This document shows positions 1 to 9,227 of a DNA stretch of 64,000 bases, piece after piece. Both the position numbers and the translations under genes were made by a program. The notes under the pieces were generated by a model. The model saw nothing but the letters and a program-made list of their open reading frames with translations, made no database searches and had not been told where the DNA came from. Position 1 is the first letter of the stretch. Every line of letters begins with the position of its first letter. The stretch is from the NCBI GenBank assembly GCA_963719945.1, contig CAVRDX010000001.1:416001-480000 (forward strand), in the 5' to 3' direction. The DNA comes from an uncultured Thermoplasmata archaeon (GTDB lineage Archaea > Thermoplasmatota > Thermoplasmata > UBA10834).

Positions 1-734
1 GGAGCACGTGCGACGAAGTCTATTTCGGCAACTTCTAGCAACTCTCTTATGATGAGCTCTCCACCTCTGTCTCCATCGACAAAGGCTGTCACGACCTTCT
101 CTTTTGCCAGAGCTATGATCGATTGGGGGACATTCGTCCCTTCGACTGCTATCGCGTTCTTGATGCCGTACTTGAGCAGGTTCAGAACATCTGACCTGCC
201 CTCCACGACTATGATGGCGTCGGAATCATCGATGTTGGGCCCTGCGGGGAGTCTCTCCTTTCCATAGTGCTGCACCTCTTCCATCTGGAATGACTGGCGC
301 ACCGAATCCGTGAGGTCTCCTCCGCTCGTCTTCGAGGTCTTCATGAGCTCGTTGAGCAGCACCTTGGCCCTCTCGATGATCTTGTTCCTCTTCGATATCC
401 TTACATCCTCGATCTTGTCGATGGATATCCTGGCCTTGCAGGGTCCGACCCTGTCGATGGTCTCAAGGGCTGATGCAAGTATTGCGGTCTCGACCTGGTC
501 GAGACTCGAAGGTACATAAACGATGCCTTCGGACTTGCCCTTGTTCGAGCTTACCTCGACCTCTATCCTTCCTATCCTGCCGCTCTTCTGCAGGTCTCTG
601 AGGTCGAGTTCGTCGCCCAGCAGTCCTTCCGTCTGGCCGAAAATAGCGCCCACAATGTCGGGTTTTTCCACGATTCCATCTGTCGAGAGTTTCGCTTGAA
701 TCAGATATTTGGTTGTACTTGGATCTATGTCCAT
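1..734 (-). CDS. dnaG: Archaeal DnaG primase-like/exosome-associated protein (partial, runs off window start)
   Basis: Manual minus-strand translation from ATG at 734: [59 protein letters not shown]...[28 protein letters not shown]...FVDGDRGG (TOPRIM). Absent from the ORF track because the stop lies outside the window. Confidence 0.95.
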   Translation of the reverse strand, partial: MDIDPSTTKYLIQAKLSTDGIVEKPDIVGAIFGQTEGLLGDELDLRDLQKSGRIGRIEVEVSSNKGKSEGIVYVPSSLDQVETAILASALETIDRVGPCKARISIDKIEDVRISKRNKIIERAKVLLNELMKTSKTSGGDLTDSVRQSFQMEEVQHYGKERLPAGPNIDDSDAIIVVEGRSDVLNLLKYGIKNAIAVEGTNVPQSIIALAKEKVVTAFVDGDRGGELIIRELLEVAEIDFVARA

Positions 735-965
735 GTATGTGCACCCCTAAGGTGTCGAAAAACAGCTCAGGTTCCCGCCACGTCTATCATTCGCTGTCGA
801 GCATCCCTTTGTCCAGGGGTCGCAGCAGGCTTGACAAACATCTGGCTACTGTGAACCCTATGCCTTTTAGCCAGGCGTATGAGCGTCACTGTGAGATGTG
901 TTTGGTTAAGCGTGATGATGTCAAACGGGTTTGAACGCTGTTCTTCGTAACTATTAACGCTCTCT

Positions 966-982
966 TTGATAAATACTTTTCC
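966..982 (-). promoter_or_regulatory. Putative BRE/TATA promoter for the dnaG leader
   Basis: Minus strand GGAAAAG-TATTTATCAA: purine-rich BRE followed by a TATA-like box; predicted start near 945. Confidence 0.5.
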
Positions 983-1036
983 TCACAATCTATAAAAGTC
1001 TGCGTCGACCGACTGGCTATATGCTCCAGGACCAGG

Positions 1037-1246
1037 CTAGCCGCCTGAAACGACGGATATCAACTTTATCTCGTCACCATCCAAGAGTGGTTCGTCGATC
1101 GGGACGGGGTCCGTTCCTCTGACTGCTATCCACGAATCGGGCAACAGCCCGAGCTTCCTTATGAGCGCCTCCACATCGATCCCCTCCTCAAGCTCGACCG
1201 TTTTTGTCTCTCTTCTGCTCGGCAGGAGATGTACCGTCACCTTCAT
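1037..1246 (-). CDS. MoaD/ThiS (SAMP-like) ubiquitin-fold protein
   Basis: 69 aa from MKVTVHLL, ending DGDEIKLISVVSGG (C-terminal di-glycine). Confidence 0.85.
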   Translation of the reverse strand: MKVTVHLLPSRRETKTVELEEGIDVEALIRKLGLLPDSWIAVRGTDPVPIDEPLLDGDEIKLISVVSGG

Positions 1247-1304
1247 CACAGCACCGACAGCGTTAATATGGGTACTCGTAATAACGCTTCCGTTCCAGCG
1301 CGGA

Positions 1305-1391
1305 GCCGAGGTAGCTAAGCCCGGTTTAAGGCGGTAGCCTCGAGAGCTACTGGTGCTTGACACCACGGGAGTTCAAATCTCCCCCTCGGCG
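1305..1391 (+). tRNA. tRNA-Ser(CGA)
   Basis: Acceptor GCCGAGG/CCTCGGC + G; anticodon arm GTAGC-CT CGA GA-GCTAC; long variable arm; T-loop GTTCAAATC; no encoded CCA. Confidence 0.95.
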
Positions 1392-1479
1392 CTCTTTCTG
1401 CAATCGGCCTTATCTCATCAATTCTTGGGCGGCAATGACGATTAGTGTTATCTACGACCCAGTGTATTCGCAACCGTCC

Positions 1480-2706
1480 ATGAAAGAGAAGAAGATGCTC
1501 ATGATCATATGTGATGGTCTTTCCGACCGTCCCGTGAAGCAGTTCGATAACAAGACCCCTCTCCAGGCCGCGAGGAGACCCGCGATGAACTCCATAGCGA
1601 AGCGGGGCATGAGCGGGATGATGGATGTAATAGCGCCGGGAGTAGTTCCCGGCAGCGATACAGCGCATCTTGCACTCTTCGGCTACGATCCTTACACCGC
1701 ATACACGGGAAGGGGCCCCATAGAGGCGGCGGGAGCCGGCCTGAAGATGTCCAAAGGCGATGTTGCCTTCAGATGCAACTTCGCCACCGTTGATACATCG
1801 ATGAATGTCACTGATCGTAGGGCGGGAAGGATCAAGTCTGGCACAGCCGAACTCTCCGAACTCCTCTCGGGTCTCAAGATCGATGACATCGAAGTCGCGT
1901 TCAAGGAGGGTTCCGAGCATAGGGGTGTGCTGGTCCTCAAGGGCCCCGGGCTAGATTGCAGGGTCTCGGAGGTCGACCCTCACACCGAGGGTAAAGTGCT
2001 GATATCCAGACCTTTGGTCCCTGAGGCCACCAAGACCGCCAGGATCCTGAACGAATTCGTCTCTGAATCGTACAAGCGGCTTGATGCTTCTTCAATCAAT
2101 ACGCAACGGCGCAAGGACGGACTTCCGCCTGCGAACATCGTTCTCCCTCGAGGGGCTGGTAGCCTCGGCAACCTAGACTCCATGCCTGAGCGCTACGGTC
2201 TGAAATGCGCAGGGGTAGCAGGCGTAACCCTGGTGAAAGGGATATGCAGGATGGTTGGTATGGATGTTCCAGAAGTCCCAGGAGCGACGGGTGGATTGGA
2301 TACTGATTACCTTTCGAAGGGACGGTCTGCTCTCAAGTTGCTCGATTCGCATGACTTCGTATTCGTCAATGTGAAAGCGGGTGACGTTGCAGGGCATGAC
2401 GGCGACTTCTTGAAGAAGGTGGAGATTGTCGAGAGCATCGATTCGATGTTGGAACTGATCCTCAGAGAACTGCACGAAGACGTCGTTATCGCGGTCACCG
2501 CGGATCACTCGACTCCCGTGAATGTGCGGGATCACAGTGCCGACCCTGTCCCTGTGATGATTGCTGGCGGTGGCAGCAGGATGGACCACGTCAAAGAATT
2601 CGATGAAGTTTCCGCAGCAGCAGGCGGACTCGGGAGAATTCGAGGAAGGGACCTCTTGCCAATAATGTTGGGGATGGCCGATCGGGCAAGGAAATTTGGG
2701 GCTTAA
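1480..2706 (+). CDS. apgM: 2,3-bisphosphoglycerate-independent phosphoglycerate mutase (archaeal type)
   Basis: [60 protein letters not shown] motifs; start taken at MKEKK. Confidence 0.93.
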   Translation: MKEKKMLMIICDGLSDRPVKQFDNKTPLQAARRPAMNSIAKRGMSGMMDVIAPGVVPGSDTAHLALFGYDPYTAYTGRGPIEAAGAGLKMSKGDVAFRCNFATVDTSMNVTDRRAGRIKSGTAELSELLSGLKIDDIEVAFKEGSEHRGVLVLKGPGLDCRVSEVDPHTEGKVLISRPLVPEATKTARILNEFVSESYKRLDASSINTQRRKDGLPPANIVLPRGAGSLGNLDSMPERYGLKCAGVAGVTLVKGICRMVGMDVPEVPGATGGLDTDYLSKGRSALKLLDSHDFVFVNVKAGDVAGHDGDFLKKVEIVESIDSMLELILRELHEDVVIAVTADHSTPVNVRDHSADPVPVMIAGGGSRMDHVKEFDEVSAAAGGLGRIRGRDLLPIMLGMADRARKFGA

Positions 2707-2788
2707 TGCATCCTCGGTTGGAACCGTTCAGATCCGGCCCTTCGCACATTTTAATTGCAGAACGCGTATTAATGTTCAAAGCTGGCTG

Positions 2789-3265
2789 TTAGACGTTCAT
2801 CTTCTGCTTGAGGTTCGTGGCAAACTCCTCCGCATGCTTGAGGTCTTCAGCGTTTGGCCTACCCTTATTCATGCCGCCGAAGTATCTGAGGAAACTGTTC
2901 GTATTGAACCCCTTGCAGCTAAATTCGTCGACGATCACATATCCTTTCAACTGCAGTTTCTCCCTCAGAGCCGAGTGGTCTTTGGCAACCTTGTCATCAT
3001 TGATCATAGCGCTCGTCGAGAAGATGAATGATTTCGCTTCCGTGACTTGGGGCAGTGCGTCGGCAAGGTGTAACAAATCTTTGTGGTGTTGCCCATCATA
3101 GATACCTGAACCGAAGCCGATGAGTGTGTACTCTTGAAGATCTTCAGGTCGTATTTGCCGCGGGGTCTTCATGTGTGCATCGAGCACTCTAGCAAATACA
3201 TTGGCAATCTTCTCAGTGCTCTTATGATGATACGAGCACACAATCAAGAGTGATTTCATTGTCAT
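2789..3265 (-). CDS. Flavodoxin-family protein
   Basis: SYHHKSTEKIA, LIGFGSGIY, FIFSTS, GRPNAEDLKHAEEFA. Confidence 0.85.
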   Translation of the reverse strand: MTMKSLLIVCSYHHKSTEKIANVFARVLDAHMKTPRQIRPEDLQEYTLIGFGSGIYDGQHHKDLLHLADALPQVTEAKSFIFSTSAMINDDKVAKDHSALREKLQLKGYVIVDEFSCKGFNTNSFLRYFGGMNKGRPNAEDLKHAEEFATNLKQKMNV

Positions 3266-3755
3266 GGCTTCTTCCTTCTATCTGTCGTATTCTCTCCGCT
3301 TTGCGATATGAAATAGACGGTCATTTACTGGATATACTCTTCGGTTGCTATGATTGTAGGTATCCCATTGGTGTACCCTCCATGAATAGTGTCAATTCGA
3401 CTCTTCGATCCACCATGCTTGATTGGAGACGAGCTGCTATAAAAGACGGTGAATCTTGCGCTAAGGAATCCGTTAGTCCCCTACAACATCGCATGTCATT
3501 CCTGGAGAATATGAATATGTCCTGCAATTATGGGCAAATCCGAGAGCCGGGATTGATGCATTCTCGCCTCAACCGGCTGTTCGAGTTTCATAACCCACTT
3601 CGCGCATCTCGCAGTACGTGACACTGCGTCGAATGCGGCTTTATTATTATCGTATTGAGCTAAATTCAATTTTCCCTTTTGCATCACTTTCAACGTTCGC
3701 GAAGGGTTAGTATATTAGATGCCTATTCAAATACCGTCAGGCCGGTGTGAATTCT

Positions 3756-4304
3756 ATGGCAGTGATAAAGATTGAGAATGTTGTCGCCTCGACATCTCTC
3801 GGAACGGAGCTAGATCTCCAGGCGATTGTGCTTGCACTTGATGGCGCTGAATACGATCCAGAGCAGTTTCCAGGTTTGATTTACCGGCTCAAGGAACCGA
3901 AGACGGCGACACTGCTTTTCAGAAGCGGAAAGGCTGTATGCACAGGCGGCAAGAGCCTTGAACAGGTTGAGATTGCCATCAGCAAGGTGGTCAAGAAGAT
4001 CGAGGCTGCTGGTGTAGTGATTAAGACAAAGCCGAAGATTGAGGTGCAGAACATCGTCGCTTCAAGCGACCTCGGGGCTAAGATAAATCTCAACTCAATA
4101 GCAATCAGCGTGGGTCTCGAGAAGGTAGAGTACGAACCCGAGCAATTCCCTGGGCTCGTGTACCGTCTCGACGTGCCAAAGGTGGTCGTGCTTCTATTTG
4201 GCAGCGGGAAGCTGGTTTGCACCGGAGCGCGAAAACCGGAAGATGTCGAGACTGCCGTGGATAAGATCACTCTAGAGCTGAGGGCAGCTGGCTTGCTACC
4301 TTAG
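3756..4304 (+). CDS. tbp: TATA-box binding protein, copy 1
   Basis: Two TBP repeats: ENVVAS...YDPEQFPGLIYRL...LLFRSGKAVCTG and QNIVAS...YEPEQFPGLVYRL...LFGSGKLVCTG. Confidence 0.97.
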   Translation: MAVIKIENVVASTSLGTELDLQAIVLALDGAEYDPEQFPGLIYRLKEPKTATLLFRSGKAVCTGGKSLEQVEIAISKVVKKIEAAGVVIKTKPKIEVQNIVASSDLGAKINLNSIAISVGLEKVEYEPEQFPGLVYRLDVPKVVVLLFGSGKLVCTGARKPEDVETAVDKITLELRAAGLLP

Positions 4305-4622
4305 ATTTAGTTGGCAGGCCATGCGGGTCCCAGACCCATACGACGGGGCCCCAGCCGATTCCCGGAATGGAGTAACTCGAGGAGTTCGTTCCTCGACGCC
4401 GCTTCCACGATCATCATTCCTCCTATGTTTCGTCTTCTCATTATCCCGATTGAGCCGCGGTTGAGTCTAGAAGCTGGCTTGTCTTCTGCTGAAAGGTATT
4501 CTCTTCAGCGAGATTTCTCATTTATCTGAAGAATATGACTCGCGGTTCAAATCCGGCGCTCGCACATACAGGCCTTGTGAAACCAAATGGGTATGATTAT
4601 CGATTCTCGACCGATATCATGT

Positions 4623-5678
4623 TCATAATTGCTTGGCATATCTATGAAGGATCTCCAGAGCTTCCAGTGTCAGCCATTGCTCGGTCTCCGAATGCGGTCG
4701 ATTGGACTCTACCCATAGACCATCACGATATCGTTTTGAGATGAGCCATCTTATCGGTTTCTCCATCCTGGGATCATCTGGTCCCTTCCCGATTTTCGTG
4801 AGGACCCACATTGCGGCCAGTCCACTGCACCTGTATGCGGGGTACTTGATCGTGGTCCAGTTCTTGCTGCTCTGAAAGAAGTTGGGGTGAGGGTTCTTCG
4901 AGAAGAACCTGCTCAGGAGGAAATCCGCACCCTTCTGCAGGCACTTGCTCTTCCTGAGCAGAGGTTTCTCCATGAGACCCCAGAGGACCATCATCGTGGT
5001 CCAATTGCAGCTGGGGATATCTTGGAACTGCTTGGAATCATGTCCATCACCTTCAGATTTCTCCATCCGCCGTATGAAATCATCCATTTTCAAACCGCTG
5101 TATTCCGGGAGGTACTTGACATCCTGAATGTACGGCATGTTCCAGCCTCCGTCCTTCCTCTGAGATGCCATCAACCACTCTGTGACTCCCTTGACCCTTG
5201 CATCATTTTCCCTGTCAAATCCATACAGTACATAGAGAGCATATCCATTGTAATGCGGCTGTGGAAGACCATGCTTCATCGGCCCTCTTATGAACCCCTC
5301 TTGATCATATCGCTCAAGGACGTTATCAAGCGCCCTGTTGATTCGTTCGTCGTCAGGCCTGGCTACGAAATGCAGGAGCATTAGCAGATTGTTGTACATC
5401 GTGATCTGTGTCTGGTCCATGCCTATGGCTGACTCGGATCGGTTCTGCGCCCGCCGACCGTTTGACACGGGCCATGAACCATCCTCCCGGATGGTCCTGA
5501 GCAGTTTCAAACTGGCCGGGTACTTCTCGCACTCCTCCAATGTGCGTTGGACTATGTGGTCCTCCCTGTCCTTCTCGATGATATCCCTGAGTATCCAGTA
5601 TCTCACCGATGGGGAAGAACCCTGGAGCAACTTCCTAGAAGATTCATCGACTATCCGGTCAATCTCTGCCGCGCGCAT
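4623..5678 (-). CDS. Prenyltransferase/squalene-cyclase-repeat-like (alpha/alpha barrel) protein of unknown function, copy 1
   Basis: QW-like repeats WLMASQRKDGGW and WLISKRYRDGLW; GPDDPRM; clear paralog at 28596-29672. Confidence 0.65.
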   Translation of the reverse strand: MRAAEIDRIVDESSRKLLQGSSPSVRYWILRDIIEKDREDHIVQRTLEECEKYPASLKLLRTIREDGSWPVSNGRRAQNRSESAIGMDQTQITMYNNLLMLLHFVARPDDERINRALDNVLERYDQEGFIRGPMKHGLPQPHYNGYALYVLYGFDRENDARVKGVTEWLMASQRKDGGWNMPYIQDVKYLPEYSGLKMDDFIRRMEKSEGDGHDSKQFQDIPSCNWTTMMVLWGLMEKPLLRKSKCLQKGADFLLSRFFSKNPHPNFFQSSKNWTTIKYPAYRCSGLAAMWVLTKIGKGPDDPRMEKPIRWLISKRYRDGLWVESNRPHSETEQWLTLEALEILHRYAKQL

Positions 5679-5812
5679 TTCCAGAACTGGAATGGTAATC
5701 TAGCATGAATGTCTTTTGTTTCTGTTTGGTGCTTTGCATGACCGCATGCCCACGACTATGATGTCTTTCAGAAACCGGCTGGAGAATATGAAAGCTACCC
5801 GCTCAGAATGTA

Positions 5813-6100
5813 TCAATATCTAAAATCCTGCAATGCGCTGTTTATCTTATCCTCTTGCAGGTGTCCCACTACCTTTACATCAACTTTCTTCATCTTGGGC
5901 ATCTGGATGAGACGTCTCTTGATATTCATCGCGAGCTGTACACCCAATGGGCAGAATGGAGAAGTGGGCCTGAATACCAGGCTGATGGCGTCTCCTTTGA
6001 CCTCTATTTCAGAAATCAGTCCCATGTCGAAGATGTTGATGTTGGTGTGTGGATCGACAATCTCTCTGAGCGTCGAAATGACCTCGTCCTCGGTCGTCAT
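5813..6100 (-). CDS. DUF59/SufT-type Fe-S cluster assembly protein
   Basis: LREIVDPHTNINIFDMGLI...PTSPFCPLG motif. Confidence 0.85.
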   Translation of the reverse strand: MTTEDEVISTLREIVDPHTNINIFDMGLISEIEVKGDAISLVFRPTSPFCPLGVQLAMNIKRRLIQMPKMKKVDVKVVGHLQEDKINSALQDFRY

Positions 6101-6213
6101 TTTGAGTTCTCCTGAGTGGACTGGTTAAGTTGATGGATTCTTCCTAGTTTAATCTATTGATTGTCTGGTACGGTGCCGCCACTGGAAACATAGGTGCTTA
6201 ACGCTGTTTGTTC

Positions 6214-6855
6214 TCATACCGAATGTCGCTGCTTCTTGAAGTAATCCAGCACGATCTTCCTCTGTCCTTTTCTGAGGATCTCGGACAGAGTTGATGGTGA
6301 GACATCGAACATTCTAGCCAGTTCTCGAAGGCTTATCCTCTTGGGATAATCGAAGTAGCCTCTTTCGAAGGCGACCTGCGTTATCTTGTCCTGTCTCTCC
6401 GTGAGCGCCTCCTTGTCGTCGATTTTGGTAAGCTTCACGAGATCTGCTACCACCCCTTTGTTTTTGAGGTGTTCGAATATATCCCTCAAGACCTTCTTAT
6501 CGCTCAGGATCAGAGTCCATTCTACATTGCCCTGTCCGCGCGACTGAGCGGAAAGAAGGTAGACGTCGGCATCCGTGAGGATCCTGCAGATTTCGCATCT
6601 GCTCGTAGTGATTGAACCGAGCACCTTTCCCTTCTCGGTCACGGTGGTGTCCATATTGTCCACCAGAGGATTCATCTTGATGTCCTTGAGTATGTCATCC
6701 ATGATGTCACTGGGTGCCTGTATCTCTACCAGGTCTTTGACTCCCTTCTCTGAAAAAGGTACCCTATCTATGACCTTGATTGTGGCCGGATACTTCATTG
6801 ATATCTCGCTCATCCAATAATTCGGCGTTTTGAGCGAGAGCACTGCCTCCATCAT
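6214..6855 (-). CDS. HTH-10 (Bat-like) transcription regulator
   Basis: C-terminal LTERQ...AFERGYFDYPKRISLRELARMFDVSPSTLSEILRKGQRK. Confidence 0.88.
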   Translation of the reverse strand: MMEAVLSLKTPNYWMSEISMKYPATIKVIDRVPFSEKGVKDLVEIQAPSDIMDDILKDIKMNPLVDNMDTTVTEKGKVLGSITTSRCEICRILTDADVYLLSAQSRGQGNVEWTLILSDKKVLRDIFEHLKNKGVVADLVKLTKIDDKEALTERQDKITQVAFERGYFDYPKRISLRELARMFDVSPSTLSEILRKGQRKIVLDYFKKQRHSV

Positions 6856-7049
6856 TGACGCCACCAAACCTCTGAGTCGAGAAAGCCTCTACGCCCCCTC
6901 AATATCATGAGGCATTTCAGCGTATATCAAGTTTGAGCATCAGGGGTCTTCTCTGATATGTTCGGGTCGGGCAAAAGCCATCATTGGGTAGCATTTTCGC
7001 CCCGCCAGCCGCTTTGCTTATTAGTGTCGAACCGTTTACATCCAGATGG

Positions 7050-8363
7050 ATGGACCTCTCCAATTTCTCCCGCTCTCAGGCCATGGTCGACCATTCTTCG
7101 CTCTTTGACGATATCCTATCTCTTGACAATATCTCGTCCCGAAACTCAAAATGCGCGTATTGTAAGGGTTCAAAGCTCCTATGCGGCAAGGATAGATGTC
7201 CCGTGCTGGCACGATTCTTCTCGACCAATAGGGTAAGAGGCAAGATCGATAGATTGAACATCGATGGCGCCTCCCCGCCAAGCGTGTTCATCGGGAGGTC
7301 TGGATACCCTAAGGTCTCGGTCGGACCTATGATCCCTCCATTCCACGGTGATACATCGCTAATTGACACCCCGGAAAAGTGGGTCGGCCTGCCGATTGAT
7401 GATATCATCGAGTTCAGGTCCAGCCTGATCCGGGGTATGCACCAGGTCAATGTCTCGGATGTCGAGAACAGCAACAAGTTGGTTACTCGGACCAGGGAGC
7501 TTGCGCTTGCGCGAACCCCTCCGGAAGTATCCGCGGAATTCTCCAAGAAACCCCAAGGCAAGTTGACACTTAACGACGACGTCCAACCTTTCGGTCCATC
7601 TGCCCCGATACGCAAATTCGATATCTCGAATGTCAAGTTCGACAGAAGGTTGGAGAAGGCGTTCTATGACACAGATCTCCTTGCCAAGGATGCCCTTTTA
7701 TCGCTCTACCGGGATGGTGCACTACTATCAAGCATCCAGCGTGCGTTCAGCGTGGGTGCGTTCGGGATAGCCAAAAGACGGAGATTCGTGCCTACGCGGT
7801 GGAGTATCACAGCTGTTGACAGTCAACTCGGTCTCAGACTCCTGGAGGACACGAAGACATACCCTTGCATCGACGACTATAGAGTATATGAGACCGAAAG
7901 CCTCGACAACAGATGGGCGATTCTGATGATGCCGACCAGCTGGAGGTACGAGCTCATAGAAGCGTGGTACCCGAAAACCGCCTGGAACCCGCACAGCGAC
8001 AGGATCGCAATAATCTCGGACCATGAATTCTACGATGGCCGCACGACATATGCTCAGATCGGAGGGTGCTATTACGCTGCGAGACTCGCGGTGAACGAGC
8101 TTCTCTCGCAAGAGAGGCGTCAGGCAGGGGTCAGCATAATGAGGGAATCTCATCCAGGATACATACTTCCGGTGGGCGTTTGGAATGTCCGGGAGAATGT
8201 GCGCGCTGCTCTCAGAAACCCGCCGACGAGGTTCTCAGGCTTGAATGCGGCCCTTGCCCATGTCTCTGCTATGATGGATATTCCAATATCGAGGTGGGTG
8301 AAGAACAGCGCGATTCTCAAGGATGCGCTCTATCAGCGGAGGATCGACGATTCCTGGGGGTGA
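7050..8363 (+). CDS. nreA: Archaeal Nre DNA repair protein
   Basis: CAYCKGSKLLCGKDRCP zinc motif, SPPSVFIGRSGYPKV, VPTRWSITAVD, GGCYYAARLAV, PVGVWNVRENVR; PIP-like C-terminus QRRIDD. Confidence 0.9.
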   Translation: MDLSNFSRSQAMVDHSSLFDDILSLDNISSRNSKCAYCKGSKLLCGKDRCPVLARFFSTNRVRGKIDRLNIDGASPPSVFIGRSGYPKVSVGPMIPPFHGDTSLIDTPEKWVGLPIDDIIEFRSSLIRGMHQVNVSDVENSNKLVTRTRELALARTPPEVSAEFSKKPQGKLTLNDDVQPFGPSAPIRKFDISNVKFDRRLEKAFYDTDLLAKDALLSLYRDGALLSSIQRAFSVGAFGIAKRRRFVPTRWSITAVDSQLGLRLLEDTKTYPCIDDYRVYETESLDNRWAILMMPTSWRYELIEAWYPKTAWNPHSDRIAIISDHEFYDGRTTYAQIGGCYYAARLAVNELLSQERRQAGVSIMRESHPGYILPVGVWNVRENVRAALRNPPTRFSGLNAALAHVSAMMDIPISRWVKNSAILKDALYQRRIDDSWG

Positions 8364-8367
8364 ACTC

Positions 8368-9159
8368 TTGACTGTCAAACTGGTCAAGTGCAAGAACGCG
8401 GTCTCTCCATCGAGACTACCTGGACTGGATTGGGCAGTCAATCCCTACCGAGGTTGCGAACACGGTTGCGCATACTGCTACGTCCAGGACGTGACTCGGT
8501 TCTCCCTAGGTTCTCCCTGGGGCGAAAACGTCGAAGTCAAAGTGAACATGGCAAAACAGCTGAAAAAGGAGCTCGGAAGGCATGTATCTGGAGTATACGG
8601 AATCGGAACTGTCACGGATCCCTATCAACCCGCTGAGGTGAAATACGAGCTCACGCGGAATTGCCTCCAGATCCTCAAGCGTTTCGGCGCTTCCATAAGC
8701 ATACTGACTAAATCGGACCTCGTCCTGCGAGATATGGACATACTGTCTTCTTGGACTGACGCAGAGGTCGGAATAAGCCTCGCATGCGTGGATGAGAGCG
8801 TATCATCTATCGTTGAACCGCGGGCGCCCACTCCGATAAGGCGGCTGGATGCATTGTCGAGACTCGTGGATGCGGGCATAGACACCTACCTCATGGCCGC
8901 TCCCATCGTCCCAGGTCTATCTGACTCCGAAGAGATGATCAATCAACTGGTCGACCAGGTAGCTTCCACAGGAGTCAAGAAGATTATGTGGGACAGATAC
9001 AACCCGCGGCCTGTTGCCGATGCGAGAATGTCGTCCAAATTCCCGCATATCGAGATATCTGCCCTGCATAGTCCTCGCGATCCGTTTGGGTTCAAGATGA
9101 GATGCACGATGGAACGCGCATGTTCGGAACGAGGAATCGTACTATTGGATGCATTCTAG
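8368..9159 (+). CDS. Radical SAM protein, SplB/Rv2578c-like family
   Basis: NPYRGCEHGCAYCY (CxxxCxxC), GTVTDPYQPAE, ILTKSDLVLRD; TTG start preceded by GGGGGTG. Confidence 0.85.
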   Translation: MTVKLVKCKNAVSPSRLPGLDWAVNPYRGCEHGCAYCYVQDVTRFSLGSPWGENVEVKVNMAKQLKKELGRHVSGVYGIGTVTDPYQPAEVKYELTRNCLQILKRFGASISILTKSDLVLRDMDILSSWTDAEVGISLACVDESVSSIVEPRAPTPIRRLDALSRLVDAGIDTYLMAAPIVPGLSDSEEMINQLVDQVASTGVKKIMWDRYNPRPVADARMSSKFPHIEISALHSPRDPFGFKMRCTMERACSERGIVLLDAF

Positions 9160-9227
9160 CGCTCCATTTATGAGTGGCAAGCCTTATATAGAAGCACTAT
9201 CATAATCGGACCTTGAGGTATCATCAC

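Noticed and set aside
4307-4441. 44-aa minus-strand ORF MRRRNIGGMMIVEAASRNELLELL...
   Set aside because: Too short and no confident family match; at most a gene remnant.
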